From assembly GCA_002269645.1 (NCBI GenBank), contig NIVC01000568.1, positions 124,001 through 188,000 of the forward strand: a DNA stretch of 64,000 nucleotides, written 5' to 3'. The notes below the pieces were generated by a model, which was not told the origin of the DNA, made no database searches, and worked only from the letters and a program-made list of their open reading frames with translations. Made by a program: the position numbers and the translations under genes. Numbering within the stretch: position 1 is the first letter of the stretch; every line of letters begins with the position of its first letter. Below are positions 52,860 to 64,000 of this stretch, piece by piece. The DNA is from Macrostomum lignano. Taxonomy: Eukaryota.

Positions 52860-53960
52860 ACGTTTGGATAACGTCAAACGTGCTTCGGGTTGGGGCGCTG
52901 AACTCTCATGGCCGCCTAGCGGAGAGGGCATGCTTGAGCAGCTAGCGCTGAGGCCATGAAGGAGTTGGAGCGCTGATCGGACCGAGGCTGCAGCAGAGCT
53001 GTCGCTGCATCTCCCTGTCTGACCGGCTGCTTCGTGTCGATGTCCGCGGCTTCGAGGCGGAACGCTCGCCTAGCTGTTCTGCGCGTACGCACCTCCTGCC
53101 ACGCGACCTGACGGGGCTCAAGTCTTCTTCAAGCGCTCTCGGCGCAGGTGGAGACGGCGTAGCGTGACACAGGTCGTCCTCGAAGACCTGAACGCGATTT
53201 TGCCTAGGTCCGAGCGGTCGCTGTTTGTGACACCGCGCGAGAACGGCAACACCGGAAGCGCTGGAGGACTTCCTGGAGAGGCATGACAGTGTCGGCAGGC
53301 TCGCGAACTTGTAGGGCTGTAAGCGGAGGCGGAGGAATGCACGCGGCCGGGATGCGACACGGAGCCAGGCACAGCTCGATCACGTGCTTGTGCGTCTTCG
53401 TGAGCGCCGCCGCGCCGTCAACTGCCGCACCATCACGCCGCTGTTCATCCGACCATCGGCTTTTCATCTGCGACCTGCGTCTACGCAATCCGCTTTACCG
53501 TCCGCCGAAGCGGCCAACGCGGAGCTTCTATCGTGCACTCAAGGACACCCAGGTGCGTCGCCATTTCGTCAGCGCCTTCTTCAGCGCGCTTTGCAACAAG
53601 TGCGGGCGCGTTGAGTATACGGAGGTAAGTGCCGCAGTTAGAGCAAGCAATCCCGATGATGCAATCGGCCCAACAAAGGCAGCCGGTCTGGCAGGATAAC
53701 CCTGCGATGCAAGCGAGGGCAAAGCTGGAGAGGCTCCGTCTCAGCAGGCGGCCAACCCGCGAGGCGGAGGCTCTGGCAGCTGTCTATCTGCAGCGGCAAC
53801 AGGCCGCTGTTGACGATGCTATCCAGGCCGTCACCGACGCTGGACCCGACGCCAAATGGTGCAGGGCCTGGTCCGCCATCAACGCTCTGACGGGCGGAAG
53901 CGGCGCATTTCGCTCAACCTGGCTGGCGACAAATCCAGGTGAGCGCAGAAATGAGTTGGT
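52860..53960 (+). mobile_element. Decayed LINE endonuclease region (RTE-like)
   Basis: Fragments across frames: AYAPPA, EDLNAIL, RLDHVLVR-like, SDHRLFICDLRL and AWSAINALTGG; these are APE-endonuclease motifs with frameshifts. Confidence 0.6.
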
Positions 53961-54069
53961 TGCTTGTAGCGGTAAGTACAGCATTCCTGTGAAATATGAG
54001 CCAGACTAGGCCTACGAGCTGCAGTCTGCGATGTTTCACACCAGCTCAACCTCTTTTAGAACAGGCATG

Positions 54070-56460
54070 GCTGGAGATTTAAGCTCCATGCTGCCCTACT
54101 AGCCGACCCAGGGGTACACGTCCCACTAGGGCCACATGGACAGACTGGGTAGCGCCGGTCACCCTTCCGGAGCATTGGCCTTTGGCCTTAGTTTTTAAGG
54201 GTACGGATTTATCCCGGTACACTTACCTGTGCGTAACCACCCTCACCTCCCTCGTGGACTACTGCTCTAACCGTATAGGTTTGAGCTGCTGGTGGCGGGC
54301 GACATCAACGCCCCAACACTCACTGGGGCAGTAATACTTCCAACAGCAGAGGCCGAGGAACTCATTGCTTACCACTGCACCACCAATACTGAGTTTTTTA
54401 ACATTGGTGTGTAATAGCTCACGCGAACTCCACTGGTTACGAGCTAAGTAAGTTAGAACTTTACGAGAAAGCTTGAGTGACTGCTAGTCAGCGCACGCGT
54501 ATATTTATTTAATAGGTACGACGTAGATTAAAGTACACGATACACGTACACGCGAGGATAAGCAATCAATGAGGTGCACACTTAAGAAATAACCAATGTG
54601 CCCACGCAACCCTACGCCCAAGCAACCCCAAGAACGCCCAAGATCAGTCCAGTGGCACTTTGGTTGTGGAACCCCCATCATCGACAACGGGCGATGGACG
54701 GAGACCCGTGACATAACGATCCCACGGTTTGGCTCCTCTGGTCAAGGACTGGGGGTGTGGGACGAAGAGGAGTCTCTGTCTGACCATCGCTTCGTTAGTT
54801 TTCAGTTGCCATCCTCTTGCCCAAAGCCTAGCATCCTGTGGAAAAGGAACATCTGGAACTCTGACTGGACGGCTTTCACGGAAACCCTGAAATGCCAGAC
54901 AGATCAGCTGACCACCGTCGTTCCTACCACCTAGCTGTCAGGAAGTAGATGACCTTGCAGACTTGCTCAGCAAGACCGTCCTGACGGCCCACGAAGCCTT
55001 AAATCAAGGCCTAAAAAAGCAATAAATCCGCTCTTGGTGGCACCCGGCGCTTGGATACCTCCGGCGCAAGGCAAAGTGCCTCCAATGGAAAGCTCGCAAG
55101 AACAAGGACCCAACTGACCTGGCAGTTTATCAGGACGCGATTCGCGACTTTGAGCGTTAAACCAGAAAAGCCAAGTCCGACAAATAGCGCCAATGCGCGG
55201 AGTTAGAAGGCACCCGCCCTACTTCACGCGTGTTCAAGGCTCTCACCCTCGAAAAAATTTCAAAGCTCTCAGTCATTTAAAAGACCGGACGGCCGGCTCG
55301 CTGAGAACCCCGGGGAATCGCTGGACATCATGCTTACCAGCTCTTTCCCACGTGCCGCACCACAGCTAAGCCCACCGGACCACTCTCCAGGCGCACAGAT
55401 CTTGGCTTCGACCATCATTACCAGAGAGAGGATTGCTCACGCCGCAAAATCCTTCTTTCCTTTCAAGTCACCGGGACCTGAACATTTATCCTGGCTTCTT
55501 GCATGAGGCAGTTAAAACTGACAGGTTTTAGACCACCTCTGCAACCTCTTCAAGGCCAGCATTACGAGTACTGGAATTCCGGGGCACGCACGAGAACCTT
55601 ACCCGCTGGATAATGTACATGCTCTCCTTTCGTACTGCCACCTTGAACCTCCTGAAACACTCCCGCTCTGTGGAGGTCCAGAAGGTGAACCGCAAAGTGG
55701 AGTCCTCAGCCCGATTCTCTGGAACTTAATGGTCATGGACCAAGTTTGCAGCCCGCACCCGAACCCGGTTCAGAAGGTCGGTTACTCGAACGATGTTACC
55801 GCCACTGTGGCTGGACCATCACCCGCGGTCCTCAGGGACCTCCTCCAAGCCTTCATCCACCGTGCCGAGCGCTGGGCACAAAGCTGCGGTCTCAGGTTCT
55901 CTGAGTCTAAAACCGTGGCTATCATGTTCACCAGCCGCCGAAATTGGAGGATCGAATCGCTCTCCCTCTATGGCAAACCCGTTGCCATGGAGAAACAAAC
56001 CAGATGTCTGGGCGTCCCCCCTCGACCACAGGTTGAGTTGAGCCCCACACGTCCAAACCAAAGCCCTCAAAGCTCTCGCGACTCTCGCGCAGATCTGCAG
56101 AGCTTTCGGCGCTACCCCCGCCGCCTCTGGTGGATTTACACTGCCATCGTGAGACCGGCCATCTCCTTCGCCGGCTTCATTTGGAACAGTGCCCTAAAGG
56201 TGGAGGGGTTTTTGATGCTCTTAACAGGATGCAAGGCCGCGCTTGTCGAGCTATCATGAGCACGACCCCGTCTACGCCCTTTGCTAGCATGAAATCCTTC
56301 CTGGACCTTCCCAACCTTAAGCTCTTTGTCAGAGGGGAGGCAATGAAGACCACCCGCCATCTGCTTGTCATCTGAATCACTTCGCCTTCAGAAAGCGGAA
56401 CCTCTCGGACGGAATCCCGTCCACGCTCTGCCCTCCGACAAATTCAAAACCAGCATTTCA
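54070..56460 (+). mobile_element. Decayed, internally deleted LINE (APE endonuclease + RT; LOA/R1-like)
   Basis: LLVAGDINA, WGSNTSNSRG, SLSDHRFVSF, PFKSPGP, YSNDV (degenerate YADD), WAQSCGLRFSESKT and WIYTAIVRPAISF. Many stops and frameshifts; most of the RT core is missing. Confidence 0.75.
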
Positions 56461-57129
56461 CCACGTCATGAGGCAAGAGACAACTGGAAACGAAGGAATA
56501 CGAAGAAATGGATTATACATGCAATAATAAAAGCAATTAACGCAATTTGCATGTATTGAAACGGTGAGTAAAAAAACATTTGCCCTGCCTCCTTGCATGC
56601 GGCCCTGCTACTGAAATTAAAAAATATAAGAGCATTTTTTTAATATTCTTGTTCGTAACCTGAAAGGCGAAAAACGTATTTCAGACATTTTTATTGTTCT
56701 TCTATAATTTCGGGGTTCACAAGTCTAATAGTGCAAAAGAAAACAAAACAATATCCATGCTGATAGTCTCGCAAGAACCACTGTGCAGTCTCAGAGAGTC
56801 TGCTGTGGTCTCAAGTTTAGTCTCAAATTCAAGCTTCACACCAATAGAAACCGAGAACTCAAAAACATACCGCATTGTACTCATATAATCGAAACCAGAA
56901 CAACAGTAAATCTACCAACGGTCAACTGTTGTAGGCGTTAAGTTGAGTGCCAACCTGCAAGTCTAGCTAAGTATAGCCAGTCATGGGTGAACAGCAAGCG
57001 CCGCCAAGTCAGGTGGTCCAACTTCCGCCACTCTCAGACGTGCCGGTCGACCTTCTGCCTCTATCAGGGGCGTATGCTTCGCTAAAATCCCGCGTTGAAT
57101 TCCACATTGAATCGGGCTTAAGAACTCAA

Positions 57130-57320
57130 GTTGAGTTTAGTGCGGGAAATCCCGCATTGAATCCCGCATTGAATTCTGCGTTGAATGGGCTTTAGAATAA
57201 AAATGATTATTATTAAAGAAAGTAAAAAAGGATACAGTTAAGTTTGTTTAGAATGTATAATACGTTAATGCTTCGATTAGTTTTACGCGGAAAATTCCGC
57301 ACTGAATCCCGCATTTAACT
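57130..57320 (-). repeat. MITE-like dispersed repeat, copy B (inverted relative to copy A)
   Basis: For example AAAAAAGGATACAGTTAAGTTTGTTTAGAA..TAATACGTTAATGCTTCGATTAGTTTTACGCGGAAAAT is the reverse complement of ~52612-52690. Confidence 0.75.
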
Positions 57321-58081
57321 CGGCTGTTGGGTTCACCGGATTTTTAACTTTATTTTTAAGGTTTGGAAATATATATAAACGATAGCGCAAGTAAAACTAG
57401 AGATGCGCCTAGATTTTTGGTTCTGCGCGTTAGTATCTAACTTCTAAGCCGGTTAATTCAGTAGTTAGTTTATGTGTATATGATTTCTGACAATTAAAAA
57501 AAGTTTAAAATATAATTATATGATTTCTGACAATTAAAAAACAATTTAGAATATAATTATATAATTAACTTGAATTAGCCTAAAAACTCCTTTTAGTTTA
57601 GTTCACCAAGGCTAATTTATTGCTATTAAGCTAATAATAAAGTCTTAACAATCAGTTTAAGATAATTACTGAACTTAATATCATGTGTCCAACCAAAGTC
57701 AAAGATGTTAAAACTTGTAAAACTAATTTATTTATAATGTAATCACTTAGATAAGACAAACTAAATTGATATATATATTGCATACATAAGGTTAGGCCTA
57801 AATATCTAGAAAAGGAGCTGGTTGGATTAGGATAGACTAGGCTTATACTTAGGTAGGGGCATTGGGGTATTAGAATAAGAGAGATAGGGGTTAGCATATT
57901 TGTAATTTTCTAAGCCAATAACGTTTTATATATAAATCTTATAAGCCTAGCCATTATATTTTTATTGTACTATTAATTAAGGCTATATCTATATTTATTT
58001 AGATTTAGGTCTATGCTATATTGAAAGTATATTTTAAAGATAAACTTAATATCTTTTGAAATTCTATATATTATACATCTA

Positions 58082-59055
58082 TCCAGTGCATTAGACAGTT
58101 CTTGCAGTTTTACTAACACATCTTGCAAAGCAGCTTAGCTGCAGCTCAGCATATTTTCACTTATTGAAATAGTCGCCACCAGAATCCACAACCTTCTGCC
58201 ACCTTTCTAAAAGAAGATGTATGCCCTTCTTGTAGAATTCAGCAATCTTTGAGTCAAAGAAGTTCGTGATATTCAGCTTTAGCTCTTTGTCGCTAGCAAA
58301 TTTCTTCTTGGCCAAAAAGTTGGCCAATAGAAGAAATAGATGGTAGTCACATGGGGAGATGTCTAGACTATACGGTGGATGCGGCAGAATCTCTCAGCTG
58401 AGATTTGTTAGCATTTGACATGTGCAAATAGCCATATGTGGCCTTGCATTATCTTGAAAGAGTAGAACACCTTTGTGGTTGACAAGAGATGACTGCTTCT
58501 ACTGCAGTTTCTCATGTACAGTGCATAGCTAGCTGCTGTAGTGGTCAGCTATGATGGTTTGCTTGCGTGGAAGGAAGTTTATATAGCATGCCACATGTTG
58601 TCCACCACATGGTCATCAAGATCTTCTTCGGGTGCAGTTCCTGCTTTGCTGACTGTCCAACCGCTTTACCTAGGCGTGACCACTCAGCAGAGCAATGTGT
58701 GTTGTCATGGAGCACCCATTTTTCATAGCAGGTGACAATCCTGTCAATGAAAGGATCATGTTTGTTCCAAAACAGCTGGCAGATTTCCACCCACTTCTGC
58801 TTGTTCTCTGGTGACAACTGATGTGGCACCCACTTGGTCAGCTTTTTGGTGAAGCCAGGGGTTTGCAAGTGATCGCAGACAGTTGATTCACTGCACCCAA
58901 GCTCAACTGCGATGTTGGCGCATGATGTGGCTGGGTTGGCCGCAATCAGGTTGCACAGTGTCTGGTTTCTAAACGCAGCTGTTTGTCCAAGCAGCATACA
59001 TTGATTTAAAAAAAAGGAATCTGTAAAAACTGCAAGAGATTTCTGGTGCACCAAA
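58082..59055 (-). mobile_element. Decayed mariner transposon
   Basis: Transposase motifs KWVPHQL, IVTCYEKW, QDNARPH and HPPYSLDISPCDYHLF; degenerate ~30-bp TIRs sharing TCTTGCAGTTTT; TA at 58080-81 and 59056-57. Shorter than an intact element and frameshifted. Confidence 0.9.
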
Positions 59056-59464
59056 TATAAATGTGTACACTGTACACCTAGTTGCTAAGATAATTTATAT
59101 ATGAGTAGTAGTTGAATTCTCTATTTCTTCTAGTCAGCCATGGATTAAAATTTATCCTTTTTAGGCCTAGAATTGACTTCTTTATCCAAGTTGGAGTTGG
59201 CAGGTATATCTAGATCAAAATCAAAGCTTGTATTGCAATCAGAATCAAGACTAAGTCCAGCCTATACCTTGAAGCCAGTGGGGCCTATCTAAGAATAGGT
59301 ATTTCCAAAGTCATGGCTTCATAAATTTTTGATGATGTTTTGTGATTTAGATATATTTCATATTTTTATAAATTTATATATTACACGTTACATGCTTTCT
59401 GCATTTTGTTCAGACAAATTTGTGTAGTGATTTCTTTATTGACAAAAACTTTGCTATCTTGCTC

Positions 59465-62400
59465 ATGTCGTCTCCAGAAGCAGCCGGCTGCTTGCCATTC
59501 CTAAGCGTGCACGATGCCGCTGGCCACGGTGGCCCATTCCTGCCCGGCTCTCCTGTGGCACTGCGCGCTCAGGAGCACGGCCAGAGTCACGTGGCCAGGC
59601 ACCTGGGCGGCCGAGTCGGCCAGCTGCGCCGCCTGCTGGACCTGGACACCCGCTACCGGGTGGAGCTGGCCCACGGCTGCTACTCCTGGTTGGTGACCCG
59701 CAATCTGAACCATTGGCGCCGGGTGTACCCGCTGCTGCGGGCTGCCCTCATCCTGCCCGATCGGCTGCGGCATCAGCACGAATTCTGCGAAGGCGAACAG
59801 CAGCCTCAGCAGACGGGGCCGCCGCCGACTCCGCCCGCAACATCGCCGGCTGCAGATCGGCAGAACAGCAGCCATCAGGAGCCCGACAGTCGGCTGCAAT
59901 CGTTCGAGGAGCAACTGCGCTGGGTGCTTGATCGGGTGCACTCTCTGCGGCACAGTTTGCACCTGTTGCGGTTTCTTGGCGTCTCCAGGCTGAGCTTTGT
60001 GCGCGGTCTGGACAACTTGTCTGGCGGCGGCTCCTCGGTTTCGTTCATCAACATTGTCGAGGCGGAGGTTCGGGCAAGATTTGTACGCGGTGACAGCCTG
60101 GGCGACACCAGCTGCTCGGCCGACTGTCACCTGTACTGCGGCAGGTCTAAGCGACTGTGAGTTGCATCACTGTAGCCATGGTAACAGGAGAACCGCTTTT
60201 AACCTCGTCTGTGTCTTTCCACCGAGAATCACCCTCCAATCCCATGAAGAATCGCCCTCCAACCCCATAGAGAATCACCCTCCAATCCCATACAGAATCG
60301 CCCTCCAATCCCATAAAGAATCGCCCTCCAACCCCATAGAGAATCACCCTCCAATCCCATACAGAATCGCCCTCCAATCCCATAAAGAATCGCCCTCCAA
60401 CTCCATGCAGAATCGCCCTCCAATCCCATGAAGAATCGCCCTCCAACCCCATAGAGAATCGCCCTCCAACCCCATAGAGAATCGCCCTCCAACCCCATAA
60501 AGAATCGCCCTCCAACCCCATAGAGAATCGCCCTCCAACCCCATAAAGAATCGCCCTCCAACCCCATAGAGAATCGCCCTCCAACCCCATAAAGAATCGC
60601 CCTCCAACCCCATAGAGAATCGCCCTCCAACCCCATAAAGAATCGCCCTCCAACCCCATAGAGAATCGCCCTCCAACCCCATAGAGAATCGCCCTCCAAC
60701 CCCATAGAGAATCGCCCTCCAACCCCATAGAGAATCGCCCTCCAACCCCATAAAGAATCGCCATCCAACCCCATAAAGAATCGCCCTCCAACCCCATAAA
60801 GAATCGCCCTCCAACCCCACAAAGAATCGCCCTCCAACCCCAAAGAGAATCGCCCTCCAATCCCATAGAGAATCGCCCTCCAACCCCATAAAGAATCGCC
60901 CTCCAACCCCATAAAGAATCGCCATCCAACCCCATAAAGAATCGCCCTCCAATCCCATAAAGAATCGCCATCCAACCCCATAAAGAATCGCCCTCCAATC
61001 CCATAAAGAATCGCCCTCCAGCCCCATAAAGAATCGCCCCACCCACAATTCCAGCTGGATGGTGGTGAAGAGCCAGTGCATAATATTTCTGCAAGATAAT
61101 CTATCCAGAGCTGTGGAAGTGTTTATGATTGACTCGTCAATGTCTGTTATAAAAGGCTTGGATCCGTCAGTTAGGCGCTACACCTGCGGCTTCGTGTTGC
61201 AGAACTCAAGCCTGTAAGTTTTATTAATTTGCTGTATTTGTCTTACTGAGTGCGCACTCGTTCTCCGGTACTTGCATATTTATGCCAATGCTTTTTTTAT
61301 CTATCTAGGCTCGTTTCCTCTGAGCCCTGCGAGCTATTCTCACTTCTCGCTACAGTCAGTTCTATTTTTAGAAAGTGGAATTCTCAGATATTAGCTTCAA
61401 TCTTTCTGTCATTGCTTGGGACTGTCAACAATACGAGTAAATTTTTTTATTCTCTATAATTAAACAGTCTACTTATAGTAGACCAGACTGCTTGTTTTTG
61501 AAAATTTTACAAGCCTGTACTGTAATGTAAATGAAAATGAAAATCCTATGCAGCAGTTCAGAGTTACTAAACTCAAACACATTGACTGTCTCACGGATAC
61601 CTTGACTGTCTCACGGACACCTTGACTGTCTCACGGACACCTTGACTGTCTCACGGACGCCCCTCAGACAGCATAGACACCCCTTGATTGTCTCAGGGAC
61701 ACCCTCAGACAGCACAGACACCCCTTCAATGTCTCACGGACACCCCTCAGACAGCACAGAGACCCATTGACTGTCCCAGACACCCCGCACCCACCCCAAA
61801 TAAGGCTGGTGTCCCTGAGCTGCAACCACTGCGACTACGAGCGCCTGGCCGAGGCCCTGGACCGTCTTTGCTCCGAACAGCGCCAGAGGCGCCTTGCCGA
61901 CACAACAGCCAAGCAGCTGTGCGCCTGGGCGCCATCGCGCCGACCCTGCCGCGCCAAATGGTACGCCGACGGCGCCGCTTATTTCGCCGACGTCTACGAA
62001 GCTTTGGAAGCGGCCAGACAGGAGATTTTCATCTGCGATTGGTGGCTGACCCCGAGCTGCATTTGAAGCGGCCGGACCCGGAGGACCGGCACCAGCTCAT
62101 GAATGTGCTGCAGAGGCGGGCAGACGCTGGGGTCAAGATTTTCATCCTCATTTACAAGGAACTGCGATTCGCTGTCAACACTGACAGCTGGTAGGTTGCT
62201 GAGCTGACTTTCATGCTAGACTATCTTAAGGGGTCAGGACAGGTCAAGTGACCCCAGCTAAGACCTTAAGACTTGCCTTTTCAAAAAAAGCCCAATTTTG
62301 ATGTTAGACAATCCGAGGGGGGTCAAGTGACCCCAGACAAGACTTATGGAGGTATAGTCACTGACGATCCGGCTTTAATGCTGAGCAATCCGAAAGGGAG

Positions 62401-63327
62401 GTCAAATGACCCCAGCTAAGACCATGGGACTCGCCTTTTAAAAAACAGCCTAATTTTGATGCTCGCCATTCCTAAGGGGTCAAGTGACCCCCGCAAAGAC
62501 TGTTGGATGGATTGTTACTGACAAGCCGGCTTTAATGCTACGTAATCTTGGGGGGGGGGTCAAGTGACCTCAGTGACATCAGCTAAGACCGTGGGACTCC
62601 TTTTGTCACAAAGCAGACAAATTTAGTTGCTAGCCAATCTGACAGGAGGTCAACTGACCCCACGGCCAGTATTTCCCTTTGCGCAGATTTAGTGCTGCAG
62701 AGTCTGCAATCACTAATTAAATTAATTGGCAACTCAGGTACGCCAAGATGATGCTGAAAGCCCGCTGTCCCAAGCGCAACATCTACATACTGCGCCACCC
62801 GAACCACCTGTTCAACGCCGACCTATTGTGGACGCACCACGAGAAGCTGCTAATTGTCGATCAGCGCCTGGCCTTCTTTGGCGGCATCGACCTGTGCTGG
62901 GGCCGCTGGGACACTCAGCGACACCCCCTGACCGACCAAGGCGACGCTGATTGGCCATCCGACTGTCGGCCAATCGGCGACGTTGACGCTTTCAACGCCG
63001 CTTTCCCCGGCCGAGCCGTTGGTTCCGGTGCTGCCGCAGGAGCGGCGTTCACGACGGCAGAAACGTCGAAAGATTTCGCCGACGTCAGCGAGACTCTAGA
63101 CACGGTGGACTTCAACGACACCGGCGCTGCGTGGCACGCCACCCCGGACTCGGCCATTGTTGTCGAATCGCTGGACGATTCGTCGTCCTCTGGCGCCGGC
63201 AAGACGAAGCGACGTGGACTGATGCGATTTCTGTCCGCTGGGCCGCGGCAGGATCTGGGAATTCTGTTGCAGCAGCAGCAGCATCAGATGGCCGCGTCAA
63301 TGGCGGCCGCATCTTCAGCTAGTGAAG
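59465..63327 (+). CDS. PLD1: Classical phospholipase D (PLD1/2 family; PX-PH-HKD), 5' part, continuing beyond the window; 1-nt frameshift at 62050-62053
   Basis: Exons 59465-60156 (PX; RFLGVSRLSF), 61055-61213 (PH; KRLWMVVK), 61805-62190 (AKWYADGAAYFADV..IFICDWWL / PELHLKRP..GVKIFILIYKE) and 62738-~63327 (HHEKLLIVDQRLAFFGGIDLCWGRWDT = HKD1). The start codon and last donor are inferred; PLD1 versus PLD2 orthology is not resolved. Confidence 0.88.
60215..61040. repeat. 23-bp minisatellite (AGAATCGCCCTCCAACCCCATAG) filling PLD intron 1
   Basis: About 36 copies. Confidence 0.98.
61582..61780. repeat. ~20-bp degenerate minisatellite (CCTTGACTGTCTCACGGACA) before a PLD acceptor
   Basis: Direct inspection. 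Confidence 0.85.
62228..62660. repeat. ~79/158-bp degenerate repeat carrying the palindrome GGGGTCA-NN-TGACCCC
   Basis: Six palindrome copies at roughly 80-90 bp spacing; CCGGCTTTAATGCT and AATTTTGATG each recur about 158 bp apart. Confidence 0.8.
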
Positions 63328-63439
63328 GTGCGCCTTTGGACTTTCATGCGGTTGTCATTTTCCATGTTTGATTCTTAACATCTGAGCTAACAGTTTTAAT
63401 ACAAGCCTTTCATGATCTTAGTTTTATCCACCGACCCAT

Positions 63440-63935
63440 CCCTGCTGGTCTGTCAGTGCCCTCCCTGCTAGTCTGTCAGTGCCCTCCTTGCTGGTCTCTC
63501 AGTGCCTTCCCTGCTGGTCTGTCAGTGCCTTCCCTGTTGGTCCATCAGTGCCCTACCTGCTAGTCCTTCAGTGCCCTCCCTGCTGGTCCATCAGTGCCCT
63601 ACCTGCTAGTCCTTCAGTGCCCTCCCTGCTGGTCCATCAGTGCCCTCCCTGTTGGTCCTTCAGTGCCCTCCCTGTTGGTCCTTCAGTGCCCTCCCTGTTG
63701 GTCCATCAGTGCCCTCCCTGCTGGTCCATCAGTGCCCTACCTGCTAGTCCTTCAGTGCCCTACCTGCTGATCCATCAGTGCCCTCCCTGCTGGTCCATCA
63801 GTGCCCTACCTGCTGGTCCATCAGTGCCCTCCATGCTGGTCCATCAGTGCCCTACCTGCTAGTCCTTCAGTGCCCTCCCTGCTGGTCCATCAGTGCCCTA
63901 CCTGCTAGTCCTTCAGTGCCCTCCCTGCTGGTCCT
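63440..63935. repeat. 23-bp minisatellite (CAGTGCCCTCCCTGCTGGTCCAT) in a PLD intron
   Basis: Direct inspection. Confidence 0.97.
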
Positions 63936-64000
63936 TTAACGACCTTGAGCATATTAGCCTCCTCGCTCGCTAAGCGACTAAAACATTGCACAGCGCAGGA

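Noticed and set aside
54410-54595. AT-rich ~180-bp insertion in the LINE endonuclease with TG...CA-like ends (solo LTR?)
   Set aside because: No TSD found and the boundaries are ambiguous.
49688-60185. RFX X-box matches GTTGTCATAGCAAC (~49688) and GTAGCCATGGTAAC (60172), plus a half-site ~85 bp upstream of the ciliary gene ZMYND12 (~40341-40355)
   Set aside because: The consensus is degenerate enough that a match or so is expected by chance in 64 kb. The full matches are in a 3' UTR and an intron, not promoters, and the ZMYND12 site has only one good half.

Overview
Eukaryotic (invertebrate animal) genomic DNA. GC-rich exons sit in AT-rich spacers, and most introns of the gene models hold a tandem repeat. 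This resembles the minisatellite-rich flatworm Macrostomum, but the species is an inference. Six spliced genes can be reconstructed by hand: (1) a secreted, probably GPI-anchored protein with an agrin-NtA-like domain (-, 7870-13100); (2) a divergent 2-exon class A GPCR (-, 18657-20252); (3) a 4-exon CYP46-like cytochrome P450 (+, 29089-33303); (4) ZMYND12 (-, 35583-40261); (5) DNAJB12/14 with a GC-AG intron (+, 45354-49677); (6) a classical PX-PH-HKD phospholipase D (+, from 59465, running off the window, with a 1-nt frameshift). A complete, very young 4401-bp Ty3/Gypsy (Mag-like) LTR retrotransposon lies at 21482-25882. It has identical 217-bp LTRs, a 5-bp TSD and a tRNA-Ser PBS, and its integrase is in the -1 frame just after a G_GGU_UUC slippery heptamer. 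There are also decayed LINEs, a decayed mariner, an inverted pair of MITE-like repeats and about 30 micro/minisatellites. Many unrelated arrays share a 20-24 bp unit length, and some are built directly from splice-site sequence. No tRNA, rRNA or CRISPR feature is supportable.
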